DNA of 64,000 nucleotides from Escherichia coli (GTDB lineage Bacteria; Pseudomonadota; Gammaproteobacteria; Enterobacterales; Enterobacteriaceae): NCBI RefSeq assembly GCF_041248615.1, contig NZ_CP158426.1; one strand, 5' to 3'. Shown piece by piece: positions 56,924 to 64,000 of this stretch (position 1 is its first letter; each line of letters starts with the position of its first letter). The notes under the pieces were generated by a model. It saw only the letters and a program-made list of their open reading frames with translations, ran no database searches and was not told where the DNA came from. The position numbers and the translations under genes were made by a program.

Positions 56924-56942
56924 TGGTGTATTTATTACACCA
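56924..56942 (+). terminator. weak hairpin downstream of ykgO
   Basis: TGGTGTA-TTTAT-TACACCA followed by T-rich sequence; AT-rich stem. Confidence 0.25.
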
Positions 56943-57879
56943 GCATTAATTTTCCTGAGGATGTATCTTCCTGTTCATTTAAGGTCAACTGCCTGACGTT
57001 TCTCTCCGAATATTCCATTATATTAATGTTGACTTGTTGACCAGGTGCGCCCTGTATGCTGGCATCAACTCTCTTTTAGACTGAACACGCCACTCAGTTT
57101 CCTCCCTTTGCGACGCAGCCTGCATTTACACTCAAACGGTTAAGATGATAAATGTGGTAAATCTGTTGGTACTGACATAAAAACGTTTACGCCACAGGAA
57201 CGGCCTGATCCACCGGTAACCCCATCGCCGACGTTCGAGTGCCAGTTAGAGTAACGCGCACAGATGACTGAATGCAGTGCCCTGGCAAAGAGGCCATCGT
57301 TCCTGTGACAACTGGCAGTCTTCGTTTAACTTCACTTAATTTGGCTCTTAGGGGGCTTACCGGACAGATGACGTACTTACACCTGTTTAATTTTTCATCA
57401 CTTATTGGGATGAACACCCATAACCATTTTGTGCGGCATGTTAATCCATTAAAACACCTTACTGATTGGCAAATCATCTTTAATTATGACTCATGATAGT
57501 TTTATATTCTATTTCTTATCATTTAAACTTGTTTTTTTACTAGTCCATTACACAACACATTAAGACTATTCCTAACACCTCAGGGCAAAGTTCCTGGCTA
57601 ATATAAAATGCAAGTAAGAATTGAACGTTATATTGCCAATAACCTTATGAAACTGAATGTCTTTTTCTTCTTATCAAAAAAGCAATATTTTCATTTTTTG
57701 TAAATATTGACTTAACCATGGAATTCCTTTTCTGTTCACATATTGACACTCATCAGGAAAAAAACATAAATTTAAACCTAATCGAAATAATTAAAACTTA
57801 ATCTCGTTTAACCTATATTGATATGTGCTACGTATCTTATTTACTTCCGATTTACTAAAGAAACTGAATGTACCTGTAA

Positions 57880-58491
<612 letters not shown>

Positions 58492-58565
58492 ACTCCAGGC
58501 AAGTTAGTTTTAAAAAATGACTCACAGGGACATCACGTCCTCAATTCAACTCGGGAAGAAAAGCA

Positions 58566-59153
58566 ATGAAAAAAAAGGTTCTGGCAATAGCTCTGGTAAC
58601 GGTGTTTACCGGTACAGGTGTGGCGCAGGCTGCTGACGTAACAGCTCAGGCTGTAGCGACCTGGTCAGCAACAGCCAAAAAAGACACCACCAGTAAGCTG
58701 GTTGTGACGCCACTCGGTAGCCTGGCGTTCCAGTATGCCGAAGGCATTAAAGGTTTTAACTCACAGAAAGGTCTATTTGACGTGGCTATCGAGGGTGACT
58801 CAACGGCTACCGCCTTTAAACTGACCTCACGTCTTATCACCAACACCTTAACCCAGTTGGATACCTCAGGTTCCACACTGAATGTGGGCGTGGATTATAA
58901 CGGCGCGGCAGTCGAAAAAACTGGCGATACCGTGATGATCGATACCGCCAACGGCGTACTGGGCGGCAACCTTAGCCCACTGGCTAACGGTTACAATGCC
59001 AGCAATCGTACCACCGCACAGGATGGTTTCACTTTCTCCATCATCAGCGGCACCACCAATGGTACCACCGCAGTAACCGATTACAGCACTCTACCGGAAG
59101 GCATCTGGAGCGGCGACGTTAGCGTACAGTTCGACGCGACCTGGACCAGTTAA
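58566..59153 (+). CDS. ecpA: E. coli common pilus major subunit
   Basis: 195 aa with signal peptide [22 protein letters not shown]; Thr/Ser/Gly-rich pilin. Confidence 0.9.
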   Translation: MKKKVLAIALVTVFTGTGVAQAADVTAQAVATWSATAKKDTTSKLVVTPLGSLAFQYAEGIKGFNSQKGLFDVAIEGDSTATAFKLTSRLITNTLTQLDTSGSTLNVGVDYNGAAVEKTGDTVMIDTANGVLGGNLSPLANGYNASNRTTAQDGFTFSIISGTTNGTTAVTDYSTLPEGIWSGDVSVQFDATWTS

Positions 59154-59168
59154 TCTCTCTGATGTACC

Positions 59169-59194
59169 AGCAGGGGTAGCCCCCCTGCTTTATT
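59169..59194 (+). terminator. intercistronic hairpin plus T-run between ecpA and ecpB (candidate attenuator)
   Basis: AGCAGGGG-TAGCC-CCCCTGCT perfect 8-bp GC-rich stem followed by TTATT, 16 nt after ecpA stop. Confidence 0.55.
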
Positions 59195-59210
59195 CCTGGA
59201 CGGAATTGTT

Positions 59211-59879
59211 ATGAAAAAGCACCTTCTGCCTCTCGCTCTGCTGTTTTCCGGAATATCTCCGGCCCAGGCGCTGGATGTCGGCGATATATCATCGTTTATG
59301 AACAGTGACAGCAGCACGCTGAGCAAAACGATCCAAAACAGTACCGACAGTGGCCGCCTCATCAATATCCGTCTCGAACGGCTCTCTTCACCGCTTGACG
59401 ACGGGCAGGTTATCGCAATGGACAAGCCGGATGAGTTGCTACTCACTCCCGCCAGCTTGCTGCTACCCGCCCAAGCCAGCGAAGTGATCCGCTTCTTCTA
59501 TAAGGGACCAGCAGATGAAAAAGAGCGCTACTACCGCATTGTCTGGTTTGATCAGGCCCTCAGTGATGCGCAGCGCGATAATGCCAACCGTAGCGCTGTG
59601 GCCACTGCTTCCGCCCGCATCGGCACCATTCTGGTCGTCGCCCCCCGCCAGGCGAACTACCACTTTCAGTACGCCAACGGCTCCCTGACAAATACAGGAA
59701 ATGCGACGCTGCGGATCCTCGCCTACGGCCCCTGCCTGAAAGCCGCCAATGGTAAGGAGTGTAAAGAGAATTACTACCTGATGCCGGGCAAGTCGCGTCG
59801 TTTTACCCGCGTGGACACGGCGGATAACAAAGGACGGGTTGCACTTTGGCAGGGTGATAAGTTCATTCCCGTGAAATAG
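59211..59879 (+). CDS. ecpB: periplasmic pilus chaperone
   Basis: 222 aa with signal peptide. Confidence 0.85.
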
Positions 59880-59904
59880 ATAGCTGTGCAGATGGATAAC
59901 GACA

Positions 59905-62430
59905 ATGCCTTTACGACGGTTCTCCCCAGGACTGAAAGCCCAGTTTGCCTTCGGCATGGTCTTTTTGTTCGTTCAGCCCGATGCCAGCGCTGCTGACATA
60001 AGTGCGCAGCAAATAGGTGGGGTGATTATTCCGCAGGCCTTCAGTCAGGCGCTCCAGGACGGCATGAGCGTCCCGCTTTATATTCATCTCGCCGGTAGCC
60101 AGGGTCGCCAGGACGATCAGCGAATCGGCAGCGCTTTTATCTGGCTGGATGATGGACAGCTACGCATCCGGAAAATACAGCTGGAAGAGAGTGAAGATAA
60201 CGCCAGTGTCAGCGAACAAACTCGACAGCAGCTGATGGCTCTGGCGAACGCCCCGTTCAATGAGGCCCTTACCATCCCCCTGACTGACAACGCGCAGCTG
60301 GATCTCAGCTTGCGCCAACTGCTGCTGCAGCTAGTGGTCAAGCGCGAAGCGCTGGGCACCGTACTACGCTCACGTAGCGAAGACATCGGGCAGTCCAGTG
60401 TTAACACCCTCAGCAGTAATCTGAGCTATAACTTCGGCGTCTATAACAACCAGTTGCGTAACGGCGGGAGCAACACATCCAGCTATCTGTCGCTGAATAA
60501 CGTTACTGCACTGCGCGAACATCACGTGGTGCTCGACGGCTCGCTGTACGGGATCGGTAGCGGTCAACAGGACAGTGAATTATATAAAGCGATGTATGAA
60601 CGCGATTTTGCCGGTCACCGATTTGCCGGTGGAATGCTCGACACCTGGAACTTGCAGTCCTTAGGGCCGATGACCGCCATTTCAGCAGGGAAGATTTACG
60701 GCCTTTCCTGGGGAAACCAGGCCAGCTCCACCATCTTCGACAGCAGCCAGTCAGCCACGCCAGTGATCGCCTTTTTACCGGCGGCGGGCGAAGTACATCT
60801 CACCCGTGATGGGCGGCTACTAAGCGTTCAGAACTTCACCATGGGCAATCATGAAGTGGATACCCGGGGTCTACCGTACGGTATTTACGATGTGGAAGTT
60901 GAGGTCATCGTTAACGGTCGCGTGATCAGCAAACGCACTCAACGGGTCAATAAGCTGTTTAGCCGGGGGCGCGGCGTCGGTGCACCACTGGCGTGGCAGA
61001 TATGGGGCGGTAGCTTTCATATGGATCGCTGGTCGGAAAACGGGAAAAAGACGCGACCAGCCAAAGAGAGTTGGCTGGCAGGTGCCTCGACCTCCGGCTC
61101 ACTGAGTACGCTTAGCTGGGCGGCAACGGGATATGGATACGATAATCAGGCCGTGGGTGAAACCCGTCTGACGCTGCCGCTTGGGGGGGCGATCAACGTT
61201 AACCTGCAAAATATGCTGGCCAGTGACAGCTCATGGAGCAGCATCGCCAGCATCAGCGCCACTCTACCGGGAGGCTTCAGTTCGCTGTGGGTTAATCAGG
61301 AAAAAACCCGCATTGGCAATCAATTGCGACGTAGCGATGCCGACAACCGTGCAATCGGCGGCACACTCAACCTGAACTCACTGTGGTCGAAGCTGGGCAC
61401 ATTCAGCATCAGCTACAATGATGACCGCCGTTACAACAGCCATTATTACACGGCAGATTACTATCAAAATGTCTACAGCGGTCCCTTTGGTTCGCTTGGC
61501 CTGCGGGCCGGTATTCAGCGCTATAACAACGGCGACAGCAACGCCAATACAGGGAAATATATCGCTCTCGATCTCTCGCTACCACTGGGCAACTGGTTTA
61601 GCGCAGGGATGACCCATCAAAACGGCTACACCATGGCAAACCTGTCAGCACGCAAACAGTTTGATGAAGGAACCATTCGCACTGTTGGTGCCAATCTGTC
61701 ACGAGCCATCTCCGGCGATACCGGTGATGACAAAACCCTCAGCGGTGGGGCGTATGCACAGTTCGACGCTCGTTACGCCAGCGGAACGCTGAACGTTAAT
61801 AGCGCGGCGGACGGCTACATCAATACCAATTTGACCGCCAACGGCAGCGTCGGCTGGCAGGGTAAAAACATCGCTGCCAGCGGGCGGACCGATGGCAACG
61901 CTGGGGTGATATTCGACACTGGCCTGGAGAACGATGGTCAGATCAGCGCCAAAATCAACGGGCGGATTTTCCCGCTTAACGGCAAGCGTAACTATCTCCC
62001 GCTCTCTCCCTATGGAAGATATGAGGTGGAGTTGCAGAACAGCAAAAACTCACTCGACAGTTACGATATCGTCAGCGGTCGCAAAAGTCATCTGACTCTC
62101 TATCCAGGCAATGTCGCTGTCATTGAGCCAGAGGTGAAGCAGATGGTTACCGTCTCCGGTCGTATCCGTGCGGAAGACGGCACACTGCTGGCTAACGCAC
62201 GGATTAACAACCATATCGGCCGAACCCGAACCGATGAAAACGGCGAGTTTGTCATGGACGTGGATAAGAAATACCCCACTATCGATTTTCGCTACAGTGG
62301 CAATAAAACCTGCGAAGTGGCACTGGAACTCAACCAGGCGCGCGGTGCCGTCTGGGTCGGTGATGTGGTCTGCAGCGGCCTCTCATCGTGGGCGGCGGTG
62401 ACGCAGACAGGAGAAGAGAATGAGAGTTAA
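59905..62430 (+). CDS. ecpC: outer-membrane pilus usher
   Basis: 841-aa ORF, beta-rich, position in ecp operon. Confidence 0.88.
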   Translation: MPLRRFSPGLKAQFAFGMVFLFVQPDASAADISAQQIGGVIIPQAFSQALQDGMSVPLYIHLAGSQGRQDDQRIGSAFIWLDDGQLRIRKIQLEESEDNASVSEQTRQQLMALANAPFNEALTIPLTDNAQLDLSLRQLLLQLVVKREALGTVLRSRSEDIGQSSVNTLSSNLSYNFGVYNNQLRNGGSNTSSYLSLNNVTALREHHVVLDGSLYGIGSGQQDSELYKAMYERDFAGHRFAGGMLDTWNLQSLGPMTAISAGKIYGLSWGNQASSTIFDSSQSATPVIAFLPAAGEVHLTRDGRLLSVQNFTMGNHEVDTRGLPYGIYDVEVEVIVNGRVISKRTQRVNKLFSRGRGVGAPLAWQIWGGSFHMDRWSENGKKTRPAKESWLAGASTSGSLSTLSWAATGYGYDNQAVGETRLTLPLGGAINVNLQNMLASDSSWSSIASISATLPGGFSSLWVNQEKTRIGNQLRRSDADNRAIGGTLNLNSLWSKLGTFSISYNDDRRYNSHYYTADYYQNVYSGPFGSLGLRAGIQRYNNGDSNANTGKYIALDLSLPLGNWFSAGMTHQNGYTMANLSARKQFDEGTIRTVGANLSRAISGDTGDDKTLSGGAYAQFDARYASGTLNVNSAADGYINTNLTANGSVGWQGKNIAASGRTDGNAGVIFDTGLENDGQISAKINGRIFPLNGKRNYLPLSPYGRYEVELQNSKNSLDSYDIVSGRKSHLTLYPGNVAVIEPEVKQMVTVSGRIRAEDGTLLANARINNHIGRTRTDENGEFVMDVDKKYPTIDFRYSGNKTCEVALELNQARGAVWVGDVVCSGLSSWAAVTQTGEENES

Positions 62431-64000
62431 CCTACTGATAGCGATGATAATCTTTGCGCTAATCTGGCCTGCAACCGCGCTCAGAGCGGCAGTGAGCAAA
62501 ACAACCTGGGCGGATGCTCCGGCACGCGAGTTTGTGTTTGTCGAAAACAACTCAGACGACAACTTTTTCGTCACGCCTGGCGGGGCGCTGGATCCGCGCC
62601 TGACCGGTGCCAACCGCTGGACCGGTTTAAAATACACTGGCTCAGGAACCATCTATCAGCAAAGCCTCGGCTACATTGATAACGGTTACAACACCGGCCT
62701 TTATACCAACTGGAAGTTTGATATGTGGCTGGAAAATTCACCAGTTTCATCTCCTTTAACTGGCTTGCGCTGCATCAACTGGTACGCAGGGTGTAATATG
62801 ACCACCAGTCTTATCCTGCCGCAAACCACCGACGCCAGTGGATTTTATGGCGCGACGGTGACCAGCGGCGGCGCGAAGTGGATGCACGGCATGTTGTCAG
62901 ACGCGTTTTACCAGTATCTGCAACAAATGCCCGTCGGCAGCAGCTTTACAATGACCATCAATGCCTGCCAGACCTCTGTGAACTATGACGCCAGTAGCGG
63001 CGCACGCTGTAAGGATCAGGCCTCCGGCAACTGGTATGTTCGCAACGTCACCCATACGAAAGCAGCAAATCTGCGGTTGATAAATACCCACTCGCTGGCG
63101 GAAGTATTTATCAACAGCGACGGAGTACCGACTCTGGGCGAAGGGAACGCCGACTGCCGGACGCAAACCATCGGCAGCCGTTCAGGATTAAGTTGTAAGA
63201 TGGTTAACTATACCCTGCAAACAAACGGACTCAGCAACACCTCAATCCATATATTCCCGGCGATCGCCAACTCGTCGTTAGCCTCGGCCGTCGGGGTGTA
63301 CGATATGCAGTTCAGTCTGAATGGCAGTTCATGGAAACCGGTGAGCAATACTGCCTATTACTACACCTTCAACGAGATGAAGAGCGCAGACTCGATCTAT
63401 GTTTTCTTCTCGAGCAACTTCTTTAAACAGATGGTGAACCTCGGGATCAGCGATATCAACACCAAAGATCTATTCAACTTTCGCTTTCAGAACACCACAT
63501 CACCGGAGTCTGGCTGGTATGAATTTTCTACCTCCAACACGCTGATTATCAAACCCCGTGATTTCAGCATCAGTATTATCTCCGATGAATATACTCAGAC
63601 ACCGTCGCGGGAGGGATATGTTGGCAGCGGCGAGTCGGCACTCGATTTCGGCTATATCGTAACCACCAGCGGTAAAACAGCTGCCGACGAAGTGCTGATC
63701 AAGGTGACCGGACCCGCGCAGGTGATTGGCGGGCGCTCCTATTGTGTCTTCAGCTCCGATGATGGTAAGGCGAAAGTACCGTTCCCGGCGACGCTTTCCT
63801 TTATTACCCGCAGCGGAGCTACAAAAACCTACGATGCCGGGTGCGATGATAGCTGGCGGGATATGACCGATGCGCTGTGGCTGACCACACCGTGGACTGA
63901 TATCTCTGGCGAAGTGGGGCAGATGGATAAGACCACAGTCAAATTTTCGATTCCAATGGATAACGCCATTTCGCTGCGTACGGTAGATGATAACGGCTGG
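62420..64000 (+). CDS. ecpD: pilus tip adhesin, N-terminal ~526 codons; 3' end beyond window
   Basis: ATG 62420 overlapping ecpC stop by 11 nt; signal peptide [23 protein letters not shown]; open frame to window end. Confidence 0.8.
   Translation, partial: MRVNLLIAMIIFALIWPATALRAAVSKTTWADAPAREFVFVENNSDDNFFVTPGGALDPRLTGANRWTGLKYTGSGTIYQQSLGYIDNGYNTGLYTNWKFDMWLENSPVSSPLTGLRCINWYAGCNMTTSLILPQTTDASGFYGATVTSGGAKWMHGMLSDAFYQYLQQMPVGSSFTMTINACQTSVNYDASSGARCKDQASGNWYVRNVTHTKAANLRLINTHSLAEVFINSDGVPTLGEGNADCRTQTIGSRSGLSCKMVNYTLQTNGLSNTSIHIFPAIANSSLASAVGVYDMQFSLNGSSWKPVSNTAYYYTFNEMKSADSIYVFFSSNFFKQMVNLGISDINTKDLFNFRFQNTTSPESGWYEFSTSNTLIIKPRDFSISIISDEYTQTPSREGYVGSGESALDFGYIVTTSGKTAADEVLIKVTGPAQVIGGRSYCVFSSDDGKAKVPFPATLSFITRSGATKTYDAGCDDSWRDMTDALWLTTPWTDISGEVGQMDKTTVKFSIPMDNAISLRTVDDNGW

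Noticed and set aside
57187-57496. Short ORFs 57187-57477 (minus) and 57272-57496 (plus) upstream of ecpR
   Set aside because: Mutually overlapping, no SD, within the AT-rich ecp control region.

Overview
This window is enterobacterial chromosome, almost certainly Escherichia coli, in a non-K-12 arrangement. Gene order, reversed relative to the K-12 map as I remember it: prpE(partial)-prpDCB / prpR - yahO,N,M,L,K - [ABC importer + ASCH gene] - yahJ,I,G,F,E,D,C,B - pdeL(yahA) - betT / betIBA - ykgH region - ykgGFE - rclR / rclABC - AKR - Rob-like regulator split by IS2 - eaeH - AKR,AKR,LysR,LysR,hydrolase,OYE - ykgR - ykgMO - ecpRABCD(partial). About 55 protein-coding genes at high coding density. 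I found no rRNA, tRNA, CRISPR array, prophage or recognisable defence system. Variable content: (i) a four-gene CUT2-type ABC importer with an LsrB-like binding protein plus an ASCH-domain gene between yahK and yahJ; (ii) one complete IS2 (1331 bp, 5-bp target duplication CGGAG) splitting a Rob-like AraC-family regulator gene in frame; (iii) a full-length 1416-aa intimin-like adhesin (eaeH); (iv) a redox module of two aldo-keto reductases, two LysR regulators, a dienelactone-hydrolase-like enzyme and an Old-Yellow-Enzyme flavoreductase. The best candidate for an undescribed system is the co-directional yahD-yahK array: FdrA-like/DUF1116/DUF2877 trio, carbamate kinase, Tat-signal amidohydrolase, with the importer embedded. 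It reads as an import-and-catabolism locus for a carbamoylated or ureido compound, but that is inference. All identifications rest on reading the translations and on recalled family knowledge; no database search was run.
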